Assembly (NCBI GenBank): GCA_040905715.1
Contig: JBBDRA010000003.1
Span: 459,142-523,141, forward strand
DNA: 64,000 nucleotides
DNA from: Minisyncoccota bacterium
GTDB lineage: Bacteria; Patescibacteriota; Minisyncoccia; Phycocordibacterales; CSBR16-193
Direction of reading: 5' to 3'
Shown here: piece after piece, positions 50,617 to 59,921 of the stretch
Numbering within the stretch: position 1 is the stretch's first letter
Layout: every line of letters begins with the position of its first letter
Translations under genes and position numbers: made by a program
Notes under the pieces: generated by a model
The model's database searches: none
Seen by the model: the letters and a program-made list of their open reading frames with translations, nothing else
Told to the model about the DNA's origin: nothing

Positions 50617-51201
50617 TTACGCTTTCTTTTCTTCTGCCTGTTCAGTATCTGACTTTTCCTCTGTCCCGACGCTTTCAGGTCGGGACTCCGACTCGTCTTG
50701 CGACGTCGGAGCCGGAGCCTCCTCTTCCTTGGAAGCTTCTGCTTCTGCTGGAGCTTCTTCCTTCACCTCTTCAGTAGCTGGCTCCTCTTTCTTTTCCTCT
50801 TCAGCTGGCTCCTCTTTTACTTCTTCTTTTTCCTCTACCTTGGGTGCTTGTGCTTCAGGTTCACCAGCAGGCTCAGATTCAGATGAAGCCTCCTCTTTCT
50901 TTTCTCCTTCAGGCTCATCCTTCACCAGTGGAGTTTTCTTAGGAAGCACGTTCTTCTTTCCGCCCTTCACAAGACCAAGGTCGACGAACAAGTTATAGAC
51001 GGTGCCGGAGGCCTGTGCTCCATTTGAAAGCCAGTATGAAGCTCGCTCAGAATCAATAACGGGAGCGTCCTTACGTGGATCATACGAACCAAGTATCTCA
51101 ACCACACGACCGCTCTTCGGGCTCTGATGAGAATCCTGAACAACAACCCGGTGAGCCGGGATGCCTTTGCGTCCAATGCGTTGTAAGCGAATCGATAACA
51201 T
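50617..51201 (-). CDS. rpsP: 30S ribosomal protein S16 with a roughly 110-aa Glu/Lys/Ala/Pro-rich C-terminal tail
   Basis: MLSIRLQRIGRKGIPAHRVVVQDS...GSYDP is a canonical bS16 N-terminus. Start set at the internal Met. The tail is low-complexity (EEKKEEPATEEVKEEAPAEAEA...). Confidence 0.8.
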   Translation of the reverse strand: MLSIRLQRIGRKGIPAHRVVVQDSHQSPKSGRVVEILGSYDPRKDAPVIDSERASYWLSNGAQASGTVYNLFVDLGLVKGGKKNVLPKKTPLVKDEPEGEKKEEASSESEPAGEPEAQAPKVEEKEEVKEEPAEEEKKEEPATEEVKEEAPAEAEASKEEEAPAPTSQDESESRPESVGTEEKSDTEQAEEKKA

Positions 51202-51269
51202 GCGGGCAATACTAACAAAAAGCCCGGAAAGCGTCAAACATATTGTAAGTGTCGCCATCCTAAAGTTAT

Positions 51270-53318
51270 ATGTGTTATAGTCTTTTCATGAAAAAGCACC
51301 ACAATAATCAAAGAAATAGAGGTCGAAGTACTAAGAGATCCCAGGAGAAACCGCTTCCTCTTCCAGAGCAAACCACCTACGAAGGGCGCATCTCGGTTAA
51401 CTTCCGTGGTGTCGGTTATTTACGAACAGAGCTTCTTGACGAAGATATCGAGATTCCTCAGGAGAGCATGAACACCGCACTTCACGGTGACACTGTTCGA
51501 GTTGATCTTCTTCCAAAACGAAGCGATCGGAATCGTATCCAGGGCGAGGTAACCAAGGTCATGGAACGCGGCCGCACTGAATTCGTCGGCACACTTATCA
51601 AAAACAATGGCACGGTCACCTGCAAAGCTGATGATGCGCGCGTCTATCGAGACATTTACCTAGACAAGGACGAGGTGCGCGACATAGAACCCGGCACAAA
51701 AATATTTGTCCGCCTCAATGACTGGCACGACCCCAAGCAGAACCCTGAAGGAAAACTTCTCAAGGTACTTGGCAAACAAGGAGAGCATGATGTTGAGATG
51801 AACTCAATCGTTCTCGAACATGGCTTTCGTGTAGAATTTCCTAAAGCCGTTCAAGAAGAAGCAGAAGACATCCAACAAAAGGCGCACGAAAATATTCAAA
51901 ACGAGGCAAAAACACGACGTGATTTTCGGGGAGTTACCACGTTCACGATCGACCCCTGGGACGCAAAGGACTTTGACGACGCCCTCTCGTACAAGAAACT
52001 CGAGAATGACAACGTCGAGATCGGTATCCATATCGCCGATGTCTCCCACTACGTCACTCCGGATAGCGAGCTTGATAAAGAAGCCAAAAAGCGCGGATTC
52101 TCCGTATACCTGGTAGATCGCACTATCCCGATGCTACCTGAAGAACTTTCGAACGATGTCTGCAGCCTCAACGAAGGCAATGATAAGCTCACCTTCTCCG
52201 CCGTGTTCGAACTGGACGCAAGCGGTAATGTCCAGGATAGTTGGTTCGGGCGAACGATCATCAACTCCGACAAACGCTTTACGTACGAGGAGGCCCAAAA
52301 AATGATCGATGCCGGTGAAGGGCAATTCTTTGAAGAGCTCCACACCATGAATGAAATTGCCAAGAAAACGAGCGAGCGACGATCAAAGGAAGGCGCGGTG
52401 GACTTTGAGACCGACGAAGTAGAGATCGAGCTTGACGAGAACATGGACCCGGTCAAGATCTACAAGAAGGAGCGTATCGATACTCAGAAACTTATCGAGG
52501 AATACATGCTCCTCGCCAACCGCGAAGTTGCTCGCTACGTAGCCAAGAAACAGGAAAAAACCCAAGGCAGCTTCCTCTACCGAGTCCACGACCAACCGGA
52601 CCCGGAAAAGATCGACTCGCTCACTATATTCACCGACGCCCTCGGCTATGATCTTGAGCGGCTCGGCAACGGCAGTATCACCAGCCAGGCTCTTAATGAC
52701 CTTATGGCAAAGATCGAGGGCGAGCCATCTGAAAGCATTATCAAGGTTGCTGCTATTAAGTCGATGGCAAAAGCAGTCTACTCAACCAAGAACATCGGTC
52801 ACTTCGGTCTAGCCTTTGAGTACTACACTCATTTCACCTCACCGATCCGCCGCTACGCGGACCTTGCGGTGCACCGTATCCTCGGCAAATACGTAGCCGG
52901 CAAAAAGATCAGTCCGGAAGAATTTGCAGAGCTCAAAGGCGTTGCTGAACGCACCGCCCAGCAAGAACTGGATTCCATGCACGCTGAACGCGACTCGGTC
53001 AAATACAAGCAAGTTGAGTACATGGCCGATCATATCGGTGAGACCTTCGAGGGCGTGATCTCCGGCATCTCCCAAAATGGTATCTTCATTGCCGAGGAAT
53101 CAACCGGGGCGGAAGGTATGGTTCGCCTGCGAGACGTCGGCGATGACTACTTTGAGCTCGACGAATCGAACTTTGCTATCGTAGGCAGAAAGACCGGCCA
53201 GCGATTTCAACTTGGTGATGAAGTAGCTATTAAGGTGATGAGCGCCAACCTTGACCAAAAACAACTTGATTATAAGTTGGTTGCCGGCAATAAAGCACCT
53301 ACAGATACTAAAAAGTAA
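51270..53318 (+). CDS. rnr: ribonuclease R (RNB-family 3'-5' exoribonuclease)
   Basis: Cold-shock-like N-terminal domains, RNB catalytic region (DPWDAKDFDDA...HIADVSHYV) and a C-terminal S1 domain; basic N-terminus. Confidence 0.85.
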   Translation: MCYSLFMKKHHNNQRNRGRSTKRSQEKPLPLPEQTTYEGRISVNFRGVGYLRTELLDEDIEIPQESMNTALHGDTVRVDLLPKRSDRNRIQGEVTKVMERGRTEFVGTLIKNNGTVTCKADDARVYRDIYLDKDEVRDIEPGTKIFVRLNDWHDPKQNPEGKLLKVLGKQGEHDVEMNSIVLEHGFRVEFPKAVQEEAEDIQQKAHENIQNEAKTRRDFRGVTTFTIDPWDAKDFDDALSYKKLENDNVEIGIHIADVSHYVTPDSELDKEAKKRGFSVYLVDRTIPMLPEELSNDVCSLNEGNDKLTFSAVFELDASGNVQDSWFGRTIINSDKRFTYEEAQKMIDAGEGQFFEELHTMNEIAKKTSERRSKEGAVDFETDEVEIELDENMDPVKIYKKERIDTQKLIEEYMLLANREVARYVAKKQEKTQGSFLYRVHDQPDPEKIDSLTIFTDALGYDLERLGNGSITSQALNDLMAKIEGEPSESIIKVAAIKSMAKAVYSTKNIGHFGLAFEYYTHFTSPIRRYADLAVHRILGKYVAGKKISPEEFAELKGVAERTAQQELDSMHAERDSVKYKQVEYMADHIGETFEGVISGISQNGIFIAEESTGAEGMVRLRDVGDDYFELDESNFAIVGRKTGQRFQLGDEVAIKVMSANLDQKQLDYKLVAGNKAPTDTKK

Positions 53319-53385
53319 GCAATGTAAATGGCTCACATTGCTTGTGAGCCATTTAAAATTACTCCCGCCTTTATATTCTGCAATA

Positions 53386-54234
53386 CTATACAGTAAAGAC
53401 ATCAAGATCCTTGCCATATTTTACCACCCCTTTGTAGTTCTTCTTTATTTCTTTTACTAATCCTGTAGCAGAAACATGCCGATGGATCTGATGGACTAAA
53501 ACAAGCTTTTTAGGATTGGTCTGTGAAGCGATCTCAGCAAGTTCAGAGGAAGAAGTGTGAAAATTTCTCATGTATTTTTCCCAGTTTTTATCTTTACCGT
53601 ACTCCGTATCAGACGCAACTTCGTGGATCATTAAGTCCGCGTCTTTTCCTTCCCGGACAACATTCTTGTGAGGCTTCGTGTCCCCGGAGATAACGATCTT
53701 CTTTGAACCAACAGTGATCGTAAAACCGTATGCATGCTTCCAGCTCCCGTGCTTTACCCGAAACGCCTTTACTGCTATCTGTTCATCCTTGTAAATCACA
53801 CCATTTGAAAACTCAGTGACTGTTGTTTTATATCCGGTCGTATCCCCTTTCTCCAGACCGGTTGTTCGCACATGAACATCCTCCTCATACGCTTTTTGAA
53901 TATTACGAACCATTGCCTTTGTCCCCGGAGGACCGAAGATGTTAAACGGTACACTTCTTCCCATTACCCATGGTGTATAGATCGCGTCCGGTAGTCCAAG
54001 TGTATGGTCACTATGTAAATGAGTAAAAAATAGAGTACAAAGATCTCGCTGAGCTATAGCGTCGTTTTTAGTCGAATTGATATACTCCTGCAATCGACGA
54101 ACAACTCCCGGCCCGGCATCAATGACGTACAGAGATGAATTAACAATAATTGCGATAGACGGGCCGCTTCGTTCAGGATCAGGGAACGGATAGCCGGTTC
54201 CAAGAAGTACTACTTTAACAGTATTTTTTGCCAT
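53386..54234 (-). CDS. metallo-beta-lactamase-fold hydrolase (RNase Z / sulfatase-like)
   Basis: HLHSDH zinc motif, a downstream D/H ligand, and an N-terminal LLGTGYPFPDP. Confidence 0.6.
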   Translation of the reverse strand: MAKNTVKVVLLGTGYPFPDPERSGPSIAIIVNSSLYVIDAGPGVVRRLQEYINSTKNDAIAQRDLCTLFFTHLHSDHTLGLPDAIYTPWVMGRSVPFNIFGPPGTKAMVRNIQKAYEEDVHVRTTGLEKGDTTGYKTTVTEFSNGVIYKDEQIAVKAFRVKHGSWKHAYGFTITVGSKKIVISGDTKPHKNVVREGKDADLMIHEVASDTEYGKDKNWEKYMRNFHTSSSELAEIASQTNPKKLVLVHQIHRHVSATGLVKEIKKNYKGVVKYGKDLDVFTV

Positions 54235-54299
54235 ATATCACCGATACTATCAAAATGTTCTGTAAAAATCGATCAGGCACATTTCAAACACACTTAAAA

Positions 54300-54326
54300 A
54301 CGCAACCCCTGGGGTTGCGTGTTTTA
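54300..54326. repeat. palindromic hairpin ACGCAACCCCTGGGGTTGCGT followed by a T-run; shares a 15-nt core with the hairpin at 38229..38253
   Basis: CAACCCCTGGGGTTG occurs in both hairpins. This copy sits between divergent gene starts, so it does not look like a simple terminator. Confidence 0.5.
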
Positions 54327-54428
54327 ACGTCGCCACCGCAAACCATTGACATATGGCAAGTATGGTGTTACTATGTAATCTGCGTTAGAAGTTCGTTTCA
54401 ATCACCCAAAGATCCAGGAGAGACGTCC

Positions 54429-55034
54429 ATGGAATTCAGAATCCGAGTTTGCAGGCATGGTCATTCTCCCCACGAAGGAAATGACGCGGCTCGCGGTCTT
54501 GACGACCTCGGTCGTCAACAGATCCGGGACACGGCGCAAAACCGATTTCCCAAGACTGTCGAACCAATTTTGGTTTTGACGAGTCGCAAGGAGCGAGCAC
54601 GCGAGACGCTGGAGATCTTGCTTCGGGAGACCGGCAACGAGAAACTGATCCCGGAGATCATACCGCTTCACGGTCTGGACTACTCCTGGCCGATGGCAAA
54701 CGGAGGTGTCACTAACTTCATGTACGGCCCCGAGCACGACAACGTGCTCACTGTCAGCCAGATCATGAAAAATCATCCCGAGTTCACCTCGCTCATTCGA
54801 GGCATGCTCTGGGGGTCGCTCATGACCGCGATCCGAATGCACCGGTACAGTTGGAAGGCGTACGCACCGGATGAGATCTGGGTCGCCAGCCATTCGCCCT
54901 TCGGCGAATTTCTGACTCCGGATCCTGTCAGCACCACGCGGCGCCCGAACGGCGGCGGCTTTACCTTCATCCTCGACATCCCTCGTGATGAAGAGGAAGG
55001 AGTGGTCACCGGCCATTCTCTGGAACTGTTTTGA
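54429..55034 (+). CDS. histidine phosphatase superfamily protein (SixA/phosphoglycerate-mutase-like)
   Basis: RHGHS catalytic His motif at the N-terminus. AGGAGA SD 8 nt upstream. The upstream part of ORF 54228 is non-coding read-through. Confidence 0.6.
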   Translation: MEFRIRVCRHGHSPHEGNDAARGLDDLGRQQIRDTAQNRFPKTVEPILVLTSRKERARETLEILLRETGNEKLIPEIIPLHGLDYSWPMANGGVTNFMYGPEHDNVLTVSQIMKNHPEFTSLIRGMLWGSLMTAIRMHRYSWKAYAPDEIWVASHSPFGEFLTPDPVSTTRRPNGGGFTFILDIPRDEEEGVVTGHSLELF

Positions 55035-55044
55035 TTTGCTTTTT

Positions 55045-55090
55045 TCGTGACCCGTAGCCCGACACCCTTGTGGTGCCGGGCTTTTTTATT
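55045..55090. terminator. bidirectional terminator
   Basis: GCCCGACACC-CTTGTGG-TGCCGGGC followed by TTTTTTA, between convergent genes. Confidence 0.6.
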
Positions 55091-56594
55091 GTGAACTGAC
55101 AACGGTTATGGTTCCGGCCTCAGTATCTACTTCGATCTCATCGCCGTCTTTTATTTTAGATGTGGCATTTTGCACACCAACCAAACAAGGTATCTGCAGT
55201 TCTCTCGAGACAATTGCCGCGTGAGACAACAGCCCGCCCAGCTCGGCAATGATCGCCTTAGAGCGCTTCATGGCAGGGAGTAAATCGGGGTATGTTCGTG
55301 AAGATACAAGGATGTCTCCCTCGTTTACCTTATCCATCTGACCCACATCCTGAACCAAACGCGCGATACCGATAACTTTTCCTTTGCTATACGCGATCTC
55401 TCCCTGCATAGGCGTATCATCAGCAACAATAATCTTATTTAGCTCATGTTCTATCTCCTTCGCCTCAGAGCCTGTGTAGAAAGTCGGTTCTTCGTTCTCG
55501 AGAACACACACCGTGAGCTCCATCCTATCTCTAATTACATCTTTAGAAACTTTGCTTCTTTTCATCAGATTATCCTTAAGTTCCTCAGGCCATAGGTACT
55601 TTGCCTCAGTCTCGGATACAGCCAGTCGTTTCCCAAACTCTTCAAATACCCCACGACGCAGATACAGAAACCTCATCGTCTCATCGACAAGTACGCTCCC
55701 GACCTCAGCGCTCTTTGTAGCAAACGTGATCACTCTCTGTTGGTCAGGATCAGCTTTTTCCATAACTCCTTCGAACACCCGTTGTCGTTCATCTTTTTTC
55801 TCTTGCTTGTCCTCTTCTCGCTCCTTGAGAATACGCTCTAAGTCCGAACCAAAAGATAGCAGATCGTTTATATCTCTGATGATCGTCTCTACGGATTTAG
55901 GAGGATTAGTTAAGCTTGCGTCAAGCCAGCCGTAGGAATCTTGAATTTCATGAATTTTTTCTTTTATCTCCGGATTTTTACCCAACACATCTTCATTCAA
56001 CTCAGAGATGCTCTCCTTGCCGGCTTTCCGCGCTACCTCACTGATCGCGTTGTCGTACTCTATTACTCCGAGCTTTCGGGTTGTTCGAAAAAGGATCGGC
56101 GCGATTGCGTGAGGTGAAAAGCCAATATCCTTTAACGTTTTCTCGAGTGTTTTGTGGATGAGATTCGTTCCATAATTGATCGTTATTATGTCAGCCACCT
56201 GCATGCCGTTCGTTTTTTCAAACCCGATAATAGAATCAAGAGCTATACAAAGTGAACGATTAGTTAATTGCTCAAAGTTGAGCTTTTTATGAGCCGAATT
56301 AAGTGCCTCTATATACTCAAGCCACTCGTTCATTCTTCCCTCCCAATCTTCTATACGCTCGTCACTAGCGAGCGTATAATCTAATACCTTCTGCCCGGCA
56401 TCAAACCACTTGTCCTTTTCAATGAATAATTTATAAGAGCCCTCATGAAAGATGAGAACCATTGACCCCTGATCCTGAACTCCGAACTCAGGTCGTTGCG
56501 TGAGCATCATATGACCAAGGTTTACGAACACCACATCCATAGGGTGTCCGCCGGGCACATGCTCTAGGAACATATATTTTTCAGCTTTTTCCAT
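55086..56594 (-). CDS. PEP-utilizing-enzyme swivel (phosphohistidine) domain protein, paralog C
   Basis: C-terminal 90 aa with ELGGLLSHAAIVSRELQIPCLVG is the PEP-utilizers mobile domain carrying the catalytic His. The N-terminal roughly 400 aa are not recognised. The start lies 2 nt after the paralog B stop. Confidence 0.6.
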   Translation of the reverse strand: MEKAEKYMFLEHVPGGHPMDVVFVNLGHMMLTQRPEFGVQDQGSMVLIFHEGSYKLFIEKDKWFDAGQKVLDYTLASDERIEDWEGRMNEWLEYIEALNSAHKKLNFEQLTNRSLCIALDSIIGFEKTNGMQVADIITINYGTNLIHKTLEKTLKDIGFSPHAIAPILFRTTRKLGVIEYDNAISEVARKAGKESISELNEDVLGKNPEIKEKIHEIQDSYGWLDASLTNPPKSVETIIRDINDLLSFGSDLERILKEREEDKQEKKDERQRVFEGVMEKADPDQQRVITFATKSAEVGSVLVDETMRFLYLRRGVFEEFGKRLAVSETEAKYLWPEELKDNLMKRSKVSKDVIRDRMELTVCVLENEEPTFYTGSEAKEIEHELNKIIVADDTPMQGEIAYSKGKVIGIARLVQDVGQMDKVNEGDILVSSRTYPDLLPAMKRSKAIIAELGGLLSHAAIVSRELQIPCLVGVQNATSKIKDGDEIEVDTEAGTITVVSSQ

Positions 56595-56596
56595 AG

Positions 56597-57901
56597 CTAC
56601 GTGTTTAGTATTCTAACCACCCCCTCATCCGCATCCACCTCTACTTCATCGCCGTCTTTGAGGATTTGTGTGGCGTGTTGCGTACCAATCACACACGGCT
56701 TATTCATTTCTCTTGATACAATAGCTGCGTGAGAAGTAATACCACCGATATCAGTCACGAATGCCGCTGCTTTTGCCATTCCACTAAGAAAGTCCGGGGT
56801 GGACATTGTAGCCACCAGAATATCCCCTTTTTCAATTTTTGAACACTCCTTTGGACTTAACACTACCCTTACCTTACCTCGAACCTTCCCTTTATTCGCG
56901 ATCTGCCCTTTTATTTCTTTAACTTCTTCGTTTCTCTCTTCTTCCTTATTCTGTTTATCCTCGCTCTTCAGTTCAACTCCCTGGTCAGTTATCTCAAGTA
57001 TAAATGATTCTCTCTCATAGAACACTGAGCGTGATGGAAATTCTTTTTTAAACAGATCAACAACATCTTTCATACGCAGACTAAGAAGATCATCGTAGTG
57101 AACGATATCAGAATAGTGATCAATGACCATTTTCCTAAAAAGATACGTTCCATAACACATAGTCTCCCACTTTTCAGTTCGAAGTCGCATCAAACTTTCA
57201 AGATAGCGTGCATACTGGGAATCAACGGTTTGTTGATCATTGCCTTGATGATCGTCAGAGCTCGAAAGGTCCACAGCCATCTGGTACGCTTCCCAAATAC
57301 ACCATGACCTGCCTTGAAAATACTTCATCCCTAAATATCCATACCGGTCTATCACTTTCTGTAGTTCACTCACCATCTCTTCGCTAACGGACAAATCGTA
57401 GGCATTATACTTTTTCCCTATTTCCGCCAATTCTTTAGCTGCCCTAGAAATATCGGTTTCAGATCCTGCAACCTGGCTTGGAGAAAAACCTTCATCTTCT
57501 AGCTTCTGACCAAGCTGAATTTCAAAAATAAAACGAGGAATCGTGCCGGCAGCCTGAATCGAACGTTGGAAGTACTCATCAACAAGACCGGGGGCGACGT
57601 GAGACTTTTCTATTTTTTCTTTAAAGGTCTTTAGGTATGAGCGATATTCGGAAAGTGATCGCTCAAAATACTTGATGAGCTGTTCGTACTGATCGTCAAT
57701 TAGATGATTTTTTTCAACGTACTCAAGCCTATCTTTGGACCACTGTATATCACCGGTTGAATGGATATACCGCAAGTATGGATAATCGAACGGATAACCA
57801 AACTCCTTAAAATTAGAGTGATACCGAATACCGCTAAGGATCAGGTCTTGCGTCAAAAGATCTGATCGATGATTAACAAGTGTTTTCCATTCCTTTTGCA
57901 T
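56597..57901 (-). CDS. PEP-utilizing-enzyme swivel domain protein, paralog B
   Basis: C-terminal DIGGITSHAAIVSREMNKPCVIGTQ...ILKDGDEVEVDADEGVVR. Start set at Met54 of ORF 58060, which overlaps the upstream stop by 1 nt; the track's upstream extension is out-of-frame read-through of paralog A's C-terminus. Confidence 0.55.
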   Translation of the reverse strand: MQKEWKTLVNHRSDLLTQDLILSGIRYHSNFKEFGYPFDYPYLRYIHSTGDIQWSKDRLEYVEKNHLIDDQYEQLIKYFERSLSEYRSYLKTFKEKIEKSHVAPGLVDEYFQRSIQAAGTIPRFIFEIQLGQKLEDEGFSPSQVAGSETDISRAAKELAEIGKKYNAYDLSVSEEMVSELQKVIDRYGYLGMKYFQGRSWCIWEAYQMAVDLSSSDDHQGNDQQTVDSQYARYLESLMRLRTEKWETMCYGTYLFRKMVIDHYSDIVHYDDLLSLRMKDVVDLFKKEFPSRSVFYERESFILEITDQGVELKSEDKQNKEEERNEEVKEIKGQIANKGKVRGKVRVVLSPKECSKIEKGDILVATMSTPDFLSGMAKAAAFVTDIGGITSHAAIVSREMNKPCVIGTQHATQILKDGDEVEVDADEGVVRILNT

Positions 57902-57902
57902 A

Positions 57903-59921
57903 CTAGTTTTTAGATATTTTCCTGACCACTCCTTTGTCCGCATCCACCTCCACCTCGTCACCGTCTTTGAGGATTTGTGTGGCGTGTTTGGTGCCGATAA
58001 TGCATGGTTTTTGCATCTCCCGAGCCACAATAGCAGCGTGGCAAGTAATCCCACCCTCATCAGTCACAAAGGCAGAAGCATTTTTCATGTACTGAACTAT
58101 CTCAGGCCGAGTCATAGGGGTAACTAAGACATAATCTTTTTGACCACCCAGAACCTTACCAGCATTGCCGTAATCAAGCGCACTTAACACAATAACTTTC
58201 CCTGACACCTTTCCTGCTGTTGCTGAAACGCCCGAGATAGAAGAAGCGTTCTCAGTTCCCGGTTTATTTTGCTCCTTTAGATAGTTTTCTATTTCTGTAA
58301 ACTCCTCTTGATCAGTAACGTAAGAAACCTCACCGTTAGCAAAGACAATTGCTATTTTTCTATCTTTATCGATATCTACTTGCTTGCCTGACAAAATATC
58401 TTCTATTTCAAGAGGCGTTGCTTTGGTAATCACATCCTCAGGAATAGAATGTTTCTCAGATGCCTTGGTTAATATTTTATACAAAAGAGGAAAAACATCG
58501 TTAACAACGAACTCTGATACCTCTAATCGGATCTCCGGCAACCCTTTTAGGAGTTGTTCGTCATTCGTTTCAAAGTTTTCATCCGCAAAAAAGCTATAGG
58601 GTTTATATAGGATGGTTATTTTTCCTATAAGTTCTTTAAACGTATCTAGCTCAAGAAAATCATCAACTTTATTTTTTTCTATGTATTCTTTCAGCTCACG
58701 ATAAGATTCGAGGCAGTCATTACTAATTTTCTTAATAGTTTCCGTATCTTTAACTATTACTTTTTTTGTTTCATCGATCCAAACATCAACACCTTCGTTT
58801 AACATGAAGATCAATCCGGGGCCTTCCCCGTTCTGTAAATACGGGTTGTCTACATACCGATTGGCCGGTGGGCCGAAATAGGCCGCTGGAAACATCGGGT
58901 ACTGAGAACGAAGAGTAAAGTCATGCTTTTTTATGGAATCTATAGTTTTCTGTAATTCTGGCTGTCCCGCTGTCAACGTTGTGATCGGCCTACTTTGGAC
59001 AATATAGAACTCGCCGTTTTCAAACGCCCACTCAATATCACACGGGAACCCGTAGTGATCTTCGACGCGCAAAATAAGCTCCGAGAGCTCGGTAACCTGA
59101 TCTTCCACCAGAACCTGTGAAGACGCAACGGGTTCACTAATGTCTTTCCATTCATTGCCGCCGTCATCTACTCGGTACAGCCCTCTTGTCTGGGTTGAGA
59201 TGTTAACATCGATGATCCTTCTTGGCTTCTTTTCTACCACGTAACTATCAGGTGTAACTGAACCGGAAACAATCGCCTCGCCGAGTCCGAAGCCGGCCTC
59301 GATAATAAACTGGTTATAATCCTGAGTAACCGGATGGACCGAGAAAGCAATGCCCGAGCACTCTGAGTTGACCATTTTCTGCACCACCACCGCCACGGAT
59401 ACTTTGCGCGTATGCGTATCATCGCCAAAGCGTTCGAAGCGATAAAAGATAGCGCGAGGCGTAAAAAGAGACGCCCAACAGTTGCGAACGTTCTCAAGCA
59501 GCGTATCCCGATTTGTGTTAAGAAAACTATCCAGCTGTCCGGCCCAGGCATCGCTCGATGAGTCCTCGGCGGTGGCTGACGAACGAACCGCCACAAAATC
59601 CGCACCGAGTTTGTCGAATTCAGAGAGAATCTCCTCGCGCAGATCATCCGGCATTTCCCGCTCTTTGATCAGCCCCTGTATCTGCTCGGAAGCATTTTCA
59701 ACAGTGTGCATTACCTGCGGATCAACTTCGTGAAGAATATTGTCGATCTCGACATTGATATCAGTCTCCTCGATAAAACGCTCAAACGCATCAGCAAGCA
59801 CCACGAAACCGGGCGGTACCGGAATACCCGCCTGTGTCATCTCGCCGAGCGACGCGCCTTTCCCGCCCGCTTTATCGACACTGCCTTTGTTTAGCTCACT
59901 AAACGGCGCTGTGTGGGTCAT
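57903..59921 (-). CDS. PEP synthase / rifampin-phosphotransferase-like protein: N-terminal PPDK_N ATP-grasp domain plus C-terminal phosphohistidine swivel domain, no PEP-binding TIM barrel (paralog A)
   Basis: N-terminus GGKGASLGEM...AGIPVPPGFVV is the PPDK_N nucleotide-binding signature. C-terminus DEGGITCHAAIVAREMQKPCIIGTK. The middle roughly 250 aa are unassigned. Confidence 0.7.
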   Translation of the reverse strand: MTHTAPFSELNKGSVDKAGGKGASLGEMTQAGIPVPPGFVVLADAFERFIEETDINVEIDNILHEVDPQVMHTVENASEQIQGLIKEREMPDDLREEILSEFDKLGADFVAVRSSATAEDSSSDAWAGQLDSFLNTNRDTLLENVRNCWASLFTPRAIFYRFERFGDDTHTRKVSVAVVVQKMVNSECSGIAFSVHPVTQDYNQFIIEAGFGLGEAIVSGSVTPDSYVVEKKPRRIIDVNISTQTRGLYRVDDGGNEWKDISEPVASSQVLVEDQVTELSELILRVEDHYGFPCDIEWAFENGEFYIVQSRPITTLTAGQPELQKTIDSIKKHDFTLRSQYPMFPAAYFGPPANRYVDNPYLQNGEGPGLIFMLNEGVDVWIDETKKVIVKDTETIKKISNDCLESYRELKEYIEKNKVDDFLELDTFKELIGKITILYKPYSFFADENFETNDEQLLKGLPEIRLEVSEFVVNDVFPLLYKILTKASEKHSIPEDVITKATPLEIEDILSGKQVDIDKDRKIAIVFANGEVSYVTDQEEFTEIENYLKEQNKPGTENASSISGVSATAGKVSGKVIVLSALDYGNAGKVLGGQKDYVLVTPMTRPEIVQYMKNASAFVTDEGGITCHAAIVAREMQKPCIIGTKHATQILKDGDEVEVDADKGVVRKISKN

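Noticed and set aside
57903-58060. N-terminal 53 codons of ORF 56597..58060 overlapping the end of paralog A
   Set aside because: Out-of-frame read-through of paralog A's C-terminal coding region. An ATG overlapping A's stop by 1 nt gives a conventional operon junction.
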